This document shows positions 34,875-44,594 of a stretch of DNA of 64,000 nt, piece by piece. The stretch comes from Limisphaerales bacterium (lineage in GTDB: Bacteria > Verrucomicrobiota > Verrucomicrobiia > Limisphaerales > AAA164-E04): the NCBI GenBank assembly GCA_965221075.1, contig OZ244865.1, positions 33,123 through 97,122 on the forward strand, read 5' to 3'. Every line of letters starts with the position of its first letter. The stretch's first letter is position 1. The notes beneath the pieces were generated by a model that had not been told where the DNA came from, did not search any database, and worked only from the letters and a program-made list of their open reading frames with translations. The position numbers and the translations under genes were made by a program.

Positions 34875-35663
34875 ATGCTGGCCCGCCGCATCATCCCCTG
34901 TCTCGACGTGCACGACGGGAAGGTGACCCGGGGGGTGCAGTTCGGAAAGGCGGAGGCCGGGGAGCTGCGCGACGTGGGCGATCCGGTGGAGCTGGCCATC
35001 CGCTACAACCGGCAGGGCGCCGACGAGATGGTCTTCTTCGACATCACCGCCACCGCCCACGGACGCCGCAGCATGGTCGAGGTGATCGAGCGGACCGCCG
35101 ACCAGTGCTTCATGCCCTTGACCGTTGGCGGGGGCATCCGTTCGGTGGACGACATGCAGGCCATGCTCAGGGCCGGCGCCGACAAGATCAGCATCAATTC
35201 CTCGGCCCTGGCCGATCCCGGCCTGATCCGCAAGGGGGCCGAGAAGTTCGGCAGCCAGTGCATCGTGGTGAGCATCGACGCCCGCCGCGACGGCCCGGGC
35301 CGGTGGCGGGTCCGCTCGCACGGAGGACGCAGGGACGCCGGACGTGAGGCCCTCGAGTGGGCCCGGGAGGCGGTCCGGCTGGGGGCCGGGGAGATCGTGC
35401 TCAACAGCATCGACGCCGACGGAACCCGGGACGGCTACGACCTGGAGATCACCCGTCTGTGCAGCGAGGGCGTCCCGGTCCCGGTGGTGGCCAGCGGCGG
35501 CGCCGGCTCCCTGGAGCACATGGTCCAGGTGCTCCAGGAGGGCAGGGCCGACGCGGCGCTGGCGGCCAGCCTGTTCCACGATGGCGACTGCACCGTGGGG
35601 GAGGCGAAGGCCTTCCTGGCCCGCCACGGAGTTCCGGTCCGCCTGGTTCCCCCCTCGCCGTGA
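34875..35663 (+). CDS. hisF: Imidazole glycerol phosphate synthase cyclase subunit HisF
   Basis: [23 protein letters not shown]...[12 protein letters not shown]...[19 protein letters not shown]...[18 protein letters not shown]. Confidence 0.95.
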   Translation: MLARRIIPCLDVHDGKVTRGVQFGKAEAGELRDVGDPVELAIRYNRQGADEMVFFDITATAHGRRSMVEVIERTADQCFMPLTVGGGIRSVDDMQAMLRAGADKISINSSALADPGLIRKGAEKFGSQCIVVSIDARRDGPGRWRVRSHGGRRDAGREALEWAREAVRLGAGEIVLNSIDADGTRDGYDLEITRLCSEGVPVPVVASGGAGSLEHMVQVLQEGRADAALAASLFHDGDCTVGEAKAFLARHGVPVRLVPPSP

Positions 35664-35959
35664 ATCCGTGCGCCGCAGCCGGGCTTCCGGAGCGGGCGGG
35701 CTATTCTCCCCAGGGCCTGGCTCCCGCCATCGTCCAGGACCACGGCAGCGGGCGGGCGCAGGCCATGCGCCGAGCCGAGCTGGACCGCGATGGCGACGCC
35801 TTCCTGATCCATGCGGACCGGGAGGGGAGCGCCTGCCACGGCGAACTCAGATCCTGCCTCCAGCATGCGACGGATCCGGAGGGCCGGGCGGCCGTCGCCG
35901 GGAAGCAGCTGCGCCCCCCCAGGGAGATCTGCGGCGAAGGCGGCCAGGGGGACCGATGA
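35660..35959 (+). pseudogene. hisI-like remnant (phosphoribosyl-AMP cyclohydrolase) with internal deletion
   Basis: GTG overlaps the hisF stop (GTGA). GLAPAIVQDHGSGR...LDRDGDAFLIHADREGSACHGELRSC matches the ends of HisI (G.vPaivQD...g.vLM......DCDgDalL..v.q.G.ACHtG..SCF). About 38 residues of the centre (SRSR..LW.KGE.SG) are absent. Confidence 0.5.
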
Positions 35960-37662
35960 GGGGCGGCGCTCTCCTCCTGGGCCTCCTGTTCCTGGTCGAC
36001 GCCAGGGGCCAGGGCCCGTCGGGAACGGTCGCGGGAGGCTGGGAGCTGCCCATCCTGGAGGAGGGGCGCCTTTCCACCCTCCTGACGGGACAGGAGGCCG
36101 AGATCCGGGAGGGGGCTCCCGCCCGGATCTCCCAGGCGGCCCTGCAGTTCTTCCAGCCGGACTCGCCCGAAAGCCCCTACCTGCGGATCGAGGCGCCCGA
36201 ATGCTACTTCGAGCCCCGAGGGCGGACGGTCTACTCCCCCGGCCCTCTCTCCCTCCGGGAGTCCGGCGGGCGCTACACCGTCGAGGGGAAGGGCTTCCTG
36301 TGGGATCCCGGGCCCTCCACCCTCTACATCTCCAACGAAGTCCGGACGGTATGGGGCCGGCCAGGCCCGGGAGAGGAGGAGGCCTCCATCGGAATCCGGT
36401 CCGGAACCTTCCGCTTCCACCGCGGCTCCGGCTCGGGAATCTACTCGCGCGACGTGCGGGCCGAACGGGGCGAGGCCCTCCGGATGGAATGCCGGGAACT
36501 GGAATTCCAGCTGGACCGGGAGCAGAGCGGCGACCAGCTCCTGACGGCCCGGGGAGAGGTGCGGATCCAGCTCCAGCCGGACATCCTGCTGCGCTGCGGC
36601 CAGGCCAGCTACCGCTCCGATGCCCAGGGACGCCAGTCCCTCTCGCTGAGCGGGGATCCGTCCTGGGAGTCCCCCGAGGCCTCGGGCCGGGGCGAAGCCA
36701 TCGAGGCGTCCGGCCTGGAGGCCTCTCCCCTGTTCTCCGTCACCGGACAGGCACGGATGGAAGCGGCGGCGCCCGGGAGCCACGGCGGAAGGATCCGGAT
36801 CCGCTCCGAGAGCTACCAGCTGGCCGGATCCAGAGCCGGGTTCCGGGGCGGCGTGCAGGCCGAGGGAGAGGGGATCGCCCTCCGGAGCCGGGAGCTGGAC
36901 GCCTTCCTGGACCCCGGCGGCCAGGGGCTGGAGAGGATCCATGCCCGGGGGGACGCCCGGGCCGAGATCGGAGGCGGGGACTCCCTCCTGCGGCTGAGCG
37001 GCCGGGAGATGGTCCTGGAGCCCGGAGAGCCGGACCGGATCCGGTTCGAGGGCCGGGCCGTGGCCGAGACGGAAGGAAGGACGGCCAGGGGGGAAGCGAT
37101 CTCCATCGAGATGGCCGAGGGCGGATACCGGGTCCGGATCGAGGACGGGGCGGAGGTCCTGCTGCCGCCGTCGGCTCTTCCCCAGGGGCTGCTCCCGGGA
37201 CTGGCCTCTCCGCCCGGGGAGGCGCTGGATCGGGAGCTGCGAATCGTCTCCCGGGAAGCGTCGCTGCAGCCGGAGAGGGCGCGCTTCGACGGGGACGTCT
37301 CCGCCTTCCACCTGGGGGGATCGCTGGCCTGCGGCTCCCTCGTCCTGGACCTGGGGGAGGAAGGCCGGTCCCTGGACAGGCTCGAGGCGCTCGAAGGGGT
37401 CCGCCTGGAGCAGGGAGGGGGCCTGATCCTCTGCCACCGGCTCGAAGGACGCTTCGCGGAGGGCGGAGGCCGGCTCGAGAGCCTGGAGGCCACGGGAGGC
37501 TCGGCGTCCGGGGAGGACGCCTCGGTCCGGCTTCCCCTGGCCACCGCCCGCGGCAGCGGCGCCGTGCACACCACGGCGAGGGCCCTCCTCTGGAACCCCT
37601 CCGCCCAGGCCTTCGAGGCCAGGGGCCCCTACCTGAGCCGCTTCCTTCCCTCGGACCCATGA
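35956..37662 (+). CDS. Exported OstA/LptA/LptC-like protein (long, repetitive beta-rich)
   Basis: ATG 35956. Signal MRGGALLLGLLFLVDARG. Repeated ..A.G.V.i......l.....a.y.. segments. Its stop overlaps the lptB start (ATGA at 37659-37662). The assignment rests mainly on its position upstream of lptB. Confidence 0.45.
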   Translation: MRGGALLLGLLFLVDARGQGPSGTVAGGWELPILEEGRLSTLLTGQEAEIREGAPARISQAALQFFQPDSPESPYLRIEAPECYFEPRGRTVYSPGPLSLRESGGRYTVEGKGFLWDPGPSTLYISNEVRTVWGRPGPGEEEASIGIRSGTFRFHRGSGSGIYSRDVRAERGEALRMECRELEFQLDREQSGDQLLTARGEVRIQLQPDILLRCGQASYRSDAQGRQSLSLSGDPSWESPEASGRGEAIEASGLEASPLFSVTGQARMEAAAPGSHGGRIRIRSESYQLAGSRAGFRGGVQAEGEGIALRSRELDAFLDPGGQGLERIHARGDARAEIGGGDSLLRLSGREMVLEPGEPDRIRFEGRAVAETEGRTARGEAISIEMAEGGYRVRIEDGAEVLLPPSALPQGLLPGLASPPGEALDRELRIVSREASLQPERARFDGDVSAFHLGGSLACGSLVLDLGEEGRSLDRLEALEGVRLEQGGGLILCHRLEGRFAEGGGRLESLEATGGSASGEDASVRLPLATARGSGAVHTTARALLWNPSAQAFEARGPYLSRFLPSDP

Positions 37663-38402
37663 GCGGGAAGGAAGGCTCCCCCCCCCTGCTCTCGGCCCGG
37701 GGACTGGTCCGCGGCTTCCGGGGCAGGAGGGTGGTGGACCAGGTGGACCTGCGGGTGGACGCGGGGGAGATCGTGGGGCTGCTGGGCCCCAACGGAGCCG
37801 GAAAGACCACCTCCTTCAACCTGGTGGTGGGGCTGCTGCGCCCCGAGCGGGGGGAGGTGGTCTTCCAGGGACGCGACGTCACCCGGCTGCCGATGCACAG
37901 GAGGGCCCGCCTGGGGATCGGCTACCTGACCCAGGAACCCTCGGTGTTCCGCAAGCTCACCGTGGCCCAGAACGTGATGGCGATCCTGGAGCTGACCGGG
38001 CTGGACGCCCGCCAGCGGCGCAGCCGCCTGGAGTCGCTCCTGGAGGAGCTCGACCTGTCCTCCCTGGCCGGCCACCGGGCCTACACCCTGAGCGGGGGCG
38101 AGAAGCGGCGCCTGGAGATCACCAGGGCGCTGGTCACCTCCCCCCGCCTGCTGATGCTCGACGAGCCGTTCGGAGGAGTCGACCCCCTGGCCATCCTCGA
38201 GGTGCAGGGGATCCTGCGCCGCCTCAGGGAGCGCGGCCTGGGGATCCTGATCACCGACCACAACGTCCGGGAGACCCTGAGCCTGGTGGACCGGGCCTAC
38301 CTGATCCACCGGGGACGGGTGGTCTGCCAGGGCAGCGGCCGCTTCCTGGCCGGCGATCCCCGCGCCCGGGAGATCTACCTCGGCCCGGAATTCCGCCTCT
38401 AG
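37659..38402 (+). CDS. lptB: LPS export ABC transporter ATP-binding protein LptB
   Basis: Walker A GLLGPNGAGKTT; ..GIGYLTQEPSVFRKLTV..N; signature YTLSGGEKRRLEITRAL; Walker B LLMLDEPF.GVDP; ..ILITDHNVRETL. Confidence 0.9.
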   Translation: MSGKEGSPPLLSARGLVRGFRGRRVVDQVDLRVDAGEIVGLLGPNGAGKTTSFNLVVGLLRPERGEVVFQGRDVTRLPMHRRARLGIGYLTQEPSVFRKLTVAQNVMAILELTGLDARQRRSRLESLLEELDLSSLAGHRAYTLSGGEKRRLEITRALVTSPRLLMLDEPFGGVDPLAILEVQGILRRLRERGLGILITDHNVRETLSLVDRAYLIHRGRVVCQGSGRFLAGDPRAREIYLGPEFRL

Positions 38403-38415
38403 GCCCCCCTCCCCC

Positions 38416-39375
38416 ATGAAGAAGCCCAGCATCACGGTCGAGAGGTTCTACCAGGAGCACGCCGAGGAGCTCGGGCTGAAGCTGATCGCCGGGGAGCCGG
38501 GCCTGGACCGGACCATCCTGGAACCCACCGTCAACCGCCCCGGCCTGGCCATCGCCGGCTTCACCCGGCACTTCGCCTGGAAGCGGATCCAGGCCCTGGG
38601 CAGCGCCGAGACCGCCTACCTCAAGGCCCTCCCGGGCCAGGACCGGCGGGACCGCTACCGGCTCCTCTTCTCCCACAACTTCCCCTGCGTGGTCTTCGCC
38701 CGCAGCCTCAAGCCCGACGGCGACTTCCTGGCCGCGGCCGGGAAGGCCGGCGTGCCGGTGTTCAAGACCCCGCTGATCACCATGCGCTTCATCAACCGGG
38801 CCACCCTCGCCCTGGACATGGTCTTCGCCCCCAGGGGGCTGGAGATGGGCAGCATGGTGGACATCCTGGGCGTGGGGGTGATCCTCCGGGGAGAGAGCGG
38901 CATCGGGAAGAGCGAGTGCGTGCTGGCGCTGATCGAGCGGGGCTACAGCCTGGTCTCCGACGACGCCACCTGCGTCTGGCTGCTCGACAACCACTACGTC
39001 ATGGGCACCAGCAAGGACATCTTCCGGGGCCACATGGAGGTGCGGGGCATCGGCATCATCAACGTGGGGGCCATGTTCGGGGTGAAGAGCCTGCGCCGGG
39101 AGAAGCAGGTGGACCTGGTTGTCACCCTCAAGCACTGGGAGAACGACCAGGATCTGGACCGGCTGGGGATGGAGTCGGAGTACGTGGAGATTCTGGGAGT
39201 GAAGATACCCCACATCACCATCCCGGTCCGCTCCGGAAGGGACCTGGCCCGGCTGGTGGAGGTGGCCGCCTTCCAGACCAAGCTCAAGTCGGCCGGCTAC
39301 AACTCGGCCAAGGAGCTCAACGAGCGGCTCATCTCGCGGATGGCGGGCTCCCCCTCCCCGGCCGAGGACCGGTGA
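38416..39375 (+). CDS. hprK: HPr kinase/phosphorylase
   Basis: ..VNRPGLAIAGF......RIQ.LG..E..YL; P-loop GVILRGESGIGKSECVLALIERGYSLVSDD; ..HMEVRGIGIINV..MFG. Confidence 0.9.
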   Translation: MKKPSITVERFYQEHAEELGLKLIAGEPGLDRTILEPTVNRPGLAIAGFTRHFAWKRIQALGSAETAYLKALPGQDRRDRYRLLFSHNFPCVVFARSLKPDGDFLAAAGKAGVPVFKTPLITMRFINRATLALDMVFAPRGLEMGSMVDILGVGVILRGESGIGKSECVLALIERGYSLVSDDATCVWLLDNHYVMGTSKDIFRGHMEVRGIGIINVGAMFGVKSLRREKQVDLVVTLKHWENDQDLDRLGMESEYVEILGVKIPHITIPVRSGRDLARLVEVAAFQTKLKSAGYNSAKELNERLISRMAGSPSPAEDR

Positions 39376-39428
39376 GCGTTTTGCCTAGTCAATCCTTCCC
39401 CGTCCTTCCTAGACTCCTATCCGCAGAT

Positions 39429-39719
39429 ATGACAGGAGGCTCCGATTCCTCGACCGCCTCGAGGGAATTCAAGGTCACCAACAAGCTCGGAATCCACGCC
39501 CGCCCCGCCGCCATGTTCGTCAAGGCCGCCAACCAGTTCCAGTCCGATGTCTATGTCGAGAAGAACGGGGAGAGAGTCAACGGAAAGAGCATCATGGGGC
39601 TGATGATGCTGGCGGCAGGCCAGGGCTCGGTCATCCGGGTGGAGGCCTCGGGGCCCGACGCCGAGAGCGTGCTGGAGGAGCTGGCCGGCCTGATCACCCG
39701 GAAGTTCAACGAGGACTAG
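39429..39719 (+). CDS. ptsH: Phosphocarrier protein HPr
   Basis: ..EFKVTNKLGIHARPAAMFVKAA (His-15 motif); ..NGKSIMGLMMLAAGQG (Ser-46 motif). Confidence 0.9.
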   Translation: MTGGSDSSTASREFKVTNKLGIHARPAAMFVKAANQFQSDVYVEKNGERVNGKSIMGLMMLAAGQGSVIRVEASGPDAESVLEELAGLITRKFNED

Positions 39720-40378
39720 GGGCTGCGGAGACCAGCCTGCGGAACCGGTCCAGGGAGGCGTACTGAGGGCCCGGCAGCGGCTCCGTCCCGGGCCTTCCAG
39801 CGCAGCTGCCGTGAAAGCCGGCTCCTCGATCGGCCCCGGACCGGCAGGGCCTGGAATCCGGCGGCCGGTTCCTCGTGCATGCGGAGCCCGGCTCCATCGG
39901 CCGGATGCCGGCGACGGAGGAGAAGGCGGGCTTCCGCTTCCGCCAGGTCCTGGCCAAGCGCAGCCCGTTCTCGCTGGAGCTGCCTGCGGCTCCGCGGTGC
40001 GGAAGATCCCCCTCCAGGCTTCGTCCGGCGGGGAGCCGAACTGGCGGAAGGTCTCGGCAGCCGCCCGGATCGGGCATTCATGGCGGGCTCCGGTCGCGGC
40101 GGGGCTCCGCTTGACTCGAGCCGCTCCCCGTAACCGCCGGACGCATCGGCCAGGAACGGATCTTCAGGGCGATCTCCGGAGGAGGGGGCAGCCCAGGGAA
40201 CCGGAGGCCGAAGGCTGGAGCAGAGGGATCGCAACGCACGGGCTCCCGGCGGGAAAGGCGACCCTGCCATGAGCACGGCTTCCTGCTTTCCCGGCACCTG
40301 ACATTGACCGCAGGGCCGGACGGAACCGGAAGCAGCGCGCCGTCCTCACCGGGCTACCGGCAGGCAGCCGGCGTCTCT

Positions 40379-40873
40379 TCACTGGCCCCCCGACTGGAGC
40401 TTCCGGATGAGGGAGGTGGTCGACTCCCCCTCTACCAGGGGAAGCATCCTGATGAGCCCTCCCTGGCTCTCCACCTGCTCGCGCTCGCCGGGATCCAGGG
40501 AGTCCAGAGAGTAGTCCCCTCCCTTGGCGTAGATGTCGGGAGCCGCCTCCGACAGGAAGCGGCGTGCCCTGGTCTCGGCGAAGACGCATACCGCGTCCAC
40601 GCACCCCAGCGACGCCAGCACCAGGGCCCGATCCCGCTCCTGGCGGACAGGGCGGCCAGGGCCCTTGAGCGTGCGCACCGACTGGTCCCCGTTGAGCCCC
40701 ACCAGAAGGAGATCCCCCAGGTTGCGCGCCGCCTCCAAATAGCGCACATGCCCCGAATGGAGCAGGTCGAAGCAGCCGTTGGTCGCCACCACCCGGAGCC
40801 CCTTCCGGCGCTGCTCGCGGCGCCACGGCCCGAGCCCCCGGGGCTCGAGAATCTTCGCCTCGGCTCGGAACAT
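40379..40873 (-). CDS. D-glycero-beta-D-manno-heptose 1-phosphate adenylyltransferase (RfaE domain II type cytidylyltransferase)
   Basis: ATG 40873. ..RVVATNGCFDLLHSGHVRYLEAAR.LGD.LLVGLN.D.SV..LKG..RP...E.DRA..LA.L..VD.V..F...T. The 673-aa ORF in the track is upstream read-through. Confidence 0.8.
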   Translation of the reverse strand: MFRAEAKILEPRGLGPWRREQRRKGLRVVATNGCFDLLHSGHVRYLEAARNLGDLLLVGLNGDQSVRTLKGPGRPVRQERDRALVLASLGCVDAVCVFAETRARRFLSEAAPDIYAKGGDYSLDSLDPGEREQVESQGGLIRMLPLVEGESTTSLIRKLQSGGQ

Positions 40874-41806
40874 CTCCTGTCGGACGGCCAGCGTCGGCCA
40901 TTCCTCCGGCCAAGGCAAGGAGCATCGGAATGCGCCGCCGGGAGAAAGGAGCGGCCTGGAGCAGGCCGTGAGCCTGCCAGTTTTCGGGCAGGGCGACGGA
41001 GAACAGGCAGGCCTTCTTTTCTGGAGCGGGACCGGCCCTGATCCGCCGGCTCGTCGGCACGAGATCCGGTCATGACAAGCCGCCGGTCCGCCCGACTCGC
41101 TTCCGATGCCATTGGCAGGCGACGGAAGAGATCCCTCCGCAGTGGAAGGGCGCAGGGCTCCCGGGATTTCGACGACTTCGCCTGTCCCTGCGCGTAATGC
41201 TTCAGCCGATCTTCCTCTTGACTTGAAGACGGGAACCGACAGCCTGGAGCCGATGGCCGCAGGGCTCGAGGAAATGACGGGCGAGCCTTTCCTGCGCGCC
41301 GTCGCTCTCTCCGTGGAGACTGGCCTGGAGCCGATATCCGGAGAGAGAGCGATCCGCCTCCTGCCGGTTTTCCCGATTGCGTGGCCTTCCGCATCCCGGT
41401 GGCGCCGCCCTGTCCGGCATGCAAGAATCGGTTGGCCGGAATGGTCCTGATGGAGGAGCCCGGCGCCTCCCCTGCGAGGGCTGCGCTGCTCGCCGATCCC
41501 GGCAGCATGATCGCCCGGGATGCGAAAGGCCGGTTGCCCTTTGCCGTTGCAAGCGGCCGGCTCCAGCAGCCGAACAACCCTGCCCCAGCGGATACTGGCC
41601 TCGCACATTCCCGTTCCCGGAGATCGAGGGCTTGGGCCGAATCCTTTCCAGCTGGTCTCGCTGAAGATTCTTCGATGCGATCCCCGAAAGCCTAGATGCC
41701 GATCCACATGCGCATTCCAAAGCCCCAAGGCGGCATCGTCTTGGATCGTCGTTTTCCGCTCGATGGACTGGCGCAGCAGGGAAGGAAGAAGTCCTCGACA
41801 CGAGCC

Positions 41807-43057
41807 ATGACGCGATGGGTCTGCATCCTCCTGGCGCTCTTCGCAACGACGGCTTGCCAAGAGAAGGTCCACCGAAAGGAGACCCTCCTCTACACGTTCG
41901 TCTCCCAGGGAGAGGGCCCGACCAGGGAGGCGGCGATCGAAGAGGCCAAGATCCGGGCCCTCCTGGAAGCCATGGAGACCTTCAGGAGGACGATCCCCGA
42001 TCGGGAGAGGGAGAGAGATCTTTCGGAGCAGGAGGCCCGCTCCCTCTTCGAGCGGGATATCCGGAGAGGGCCTCTGGGGGCCTTGCGTTCCTTCGATGTC
42101 CTGGAAAGCGAAGCGGACCCGGAGGGCGCGGAATGGACCTGCCGCATCGAGGCGAGGATCGAAGAGAGCTACATCAGGAATCTCTTCCTGACCGATGCCC
42201 ACATCCTCGGCATCCTGCCTTTCCGGGTCCAGGAGGACGCCTATGCGGGCACGGCCAGCAGGCGGCCCCAGGGGCGGCTGGGCGAACAGCTGCATCAGGC
42301 TCTGGTCGAGATCCTGGTGCGCTCGCGCAGGTTCCGGGTGCTGGAGAGGCAGGACATGGAGGAACTGGAGGCCGAGCTGGATAGAATCTCCGACTGGCAT
42401 GGCGCAAACGAGGCCTCCTTCGAGGAACTGGGCCGTCTGGGACGGAGGCTGGGGGCCGATTCCCTGCTGACGGGGACGGTCGTGGGCTTCTCCCTCGACA
42501 GCTTCAGGAACGTTTCGGCCTTGACCGGAGAGACATCGGAGGGGGCGAGACTGGACGCCAAGATCTCCTACCGGCTCCTGGATGTGCCCACCGGCGAGAT
42601 CCGCTGGGCCGACACCATCGAATACCGGCAGGACCTTCCCCTTTCCGCCGGCGGGGACCGTCTAGCCGACCTGGCGATCGAGCGAGCGGCCAGGGAGTGC
42701 GCTCTGGATGTCGTCGGCGAGACGTCTCCCATTCGCGTTCTGGCCAGCAGGGGGGATGGCGAAATCCTGATCGACCAGGGTGGCGACCTGCTGGAAAAGG
42801 GAGACCTGCTGTCGATCCATGCCAAGAAGGAGTCCACCAGGGATTCGTCCGGTGGCGGCACTCTCCGCGTGGCGGGCGAGTTGCTGGGGCATCTGCGGGT
42901 GGATCGGGTTGGAGAAGCAAGAAGCTGGTGCTCCTTCCTGGACGATTCCGGCCTGGAGATGGTGATGGAAGGCTGCCTGGTAAGACGCAGCAGCAGCAAG
43001 GAGGAGCCTGAAGCCCCGGCTCAGAGGACCCGTTCTGGAAGCCGCTTCCAGCTCTGA
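41807..43057 (+). CDS. CsgG/HfaB-like lipoprotein
   Basis: ATG 41807. Lipobox-like MTRWVCILLALFATTAC. ..ILGILPFRVQ..LGEQLHQALVEILVRSRRFRVLERQDMEELEAEL......LGRRLGADSLLTGTVVGFSLD, the CsgG-type pattern. Confidence 0.6.
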   Translation: MTRWVCILLALFATTACQEKVHRKETLLYTFVSQGEGPTREAAIEEAKIRALLEAMETFRRTIPDRERERDLSEQEARSLFERDIRRGPLGALRSFDVLESEADPEGAEWTCRIEARIEESYIRNLFLTDAHILGILPFRVQEDAYAGTASRRPQGRLGEQLHQALVEILVRSRRFRVLERQDMEELEAELDRISDWHGANEASFEELGRLGRRLGADSLLTGTVVGFSLDSFRNVSALTGETSEGARLDAKISYRLLDVPTGEIRWADTIEYRQDLPLSAGGDRLADLAIERAARECALDVVGETSPIRVLASRGDGEILIDQGGDLLEKGDLLSIHAKKESTRDSSGGGTLRVAGELLGHLRVDRVGEARSWCSFLDDSGLEMVMEGCLVRRSSSKEEPEAPAQRTRSGSRFQL

Positions 43058-43506
43058 ACCATGAGACGGCCTCCCCTCCTGGCCAGTTGCCATGCTGCGC
43101 AGGCGCTTCTATCGCAGACAGGAGCGGTCGACAAAAGCTGCAGTCCACTCCTCATCGATATTCACCCGGTGCGACATGGCTCCCCCGCTCCCGGCTGGAC
43201 TTCCGCCCGATACCCGGATGCCTCCGTGGCCAGACAGGCTGTCCGGCATGGGAAGATGTCTTTGAAACGCCTCGAACATGCAGAGTCCAGGAGGCGGCAG
43301 CCTGTCCGGCACGCCCGCCCCCTCCGAGCATTTCAAGTCCAGCACGCACGGATGCGCCGCCATGAGAGCTGGAGTGTCGTCGGGTCGCTGCCTGACTTGC
43401 CGCCTCCGATCACCCACAGGCCGCCATCCTCGCGGTCGGCGCTCTCCACTGCCGCTACTGTCAGTCCTCCCAGCAAAACAGCTTCGGCTTCGGTCTCGCT
43501 ATCGGG

Positions 43507-43950
43507 TGTTATTTGCGTAGATATTCCGGTGAATCGAGAGATCTTTTTTCGGCTGTCCCCCAGCAAGCGACACCATCTTCGTCTCCACCTCGGGAACCTC
43601 CTTCCGCATCCCCGAAAGGTTTGAAGCTGGAACCTGAAGCCGATCCTCTGCGTCTTCGATGGCGACCAGTGCGAAAACTGCTACGTCTTCTGCCTCATGC
43701 AGGGACAATCCGGCCGTCCGACGCCCGAGGCCTGTGTCGGGCCTATGACTGGAGACGTACCCGGAAAGTAGAGCTGCTCCATCGGCTGCCGCTCAAACCA
43801 GCGGGATCAGGCAGCTTCTCCCTTCCAGGAAGTCTTCTCCTCAGGCAGCAAGCGCCAATCGCCTCCTGCAAGGCCAATGGCCCCTCCTCGATTGGATGTC
43901 AGCCCGGAGCAATCTGGGAAAAACCGTCAGGATAATCGCTGCAAATAACA
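43507..43950 (-). mobile_element. MITE-like unit, copy B (inverted relative to 15242..15691)
   Basis: TGTTATTTGCGTAGATATTCC ... GGATAATCGCTGCAAATAACA. The interior is about 90 percent identical to copy A. It abuts the truncated 3' end of the lpoB-like gene. Confidence 0.6.
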
Positions 43951-44464
43951 GCAGGTGGACTGCCGGATCCGTCCGTCCCTCACGCTCGTCTCGATGATCT
44001 TGCCGCTCAGGCTGTAGTCCGGAGCGACCTTCTGGCCCGCCTGGGCGACGGTGGACTGGTCGAACTCCAGGGAGTTCCTCAGGTCCGCCAGGGCCAGCGA
44101 GGACGGATCCTCGGGACCGTCCAGGCCCACGGCGATGGTGGTCACGAACCTGCCGCTCTCCAGCAGGGCCACGCGAATCTTCTTGGTGAGCAGATCGGTG
44201 TCGATCCTGGCGCTGGTGGCGTTCTGCACCCGCCCGGCGATAATCGCCATCCGGCGCCCGTCGGCGGCACCGAGATCCTCCCTGCGCAGGAGGGACTGGA
44301 TCATGTCGTCGGCGGCCAGGCCCCAGTCCTGGGTGTTGATATCTCCGACGGTGGCGATGCCCTGACCGGCGCAGGGATCCATGTACCGGGGTGGAGATGG
44401 TGGTGGCGCAGCCCGACGCAAAGCCCAGGGCCAGCGCAGCGGAAAACAGGCGGATCTCGTTCAT
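43951..44464 (-). pseudogene. LpoB-like (penicillin-binding protein activator) lipoprotein gene, frameshifted and 3'-disrupted
   Basis: The signal and lipobox MNEIRLFSAALALGFASGC are in one frame. The body ..YMDPCAGQGIATVGDINTQDWGLAADDMIQSLL..IIAGRVQNATSARIDTDLLTKKIRVALLESGRF..DYSLSGKIIETSVRDGRIRQST is in another frame. The reading frame then runs into the MITE-like unit. Confidence 0.6.
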
Positions 44465-44594
44465 GGCTGGCGTCTCTAGTCGGTGATGTGCAGGCGGCCC
44501 GTCTCCGCCTCGGCGTGGGTGGAGGCGATGCGGAGCTCGAAGGTCTGCCGGGTCCTGACCAGGCAGACGGAAGCGAGAGGCGGATCGGGGGGCG

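Noticed and set aside
40255-40320. SRP (4.5S) RNA-like motif on the minus strand (gtcaggtgccgggaaagcaggaagcc, compare GUCAGGUCCGGAAGGAAGCAGCC)
   Set aside because: The flanking bases cannot form the helix-8 stem around a GNRA loop, and the conserved 3' partner strand is absent.
40874-42400. Upstream 509 codons of the 673-aa minus-strand ORF 40379..42400
   Set aside because: Only the last 164 codons match a cytidylyltransferase. The rest overlaps the csgG-like gene antisense and is compositionally non-coding.
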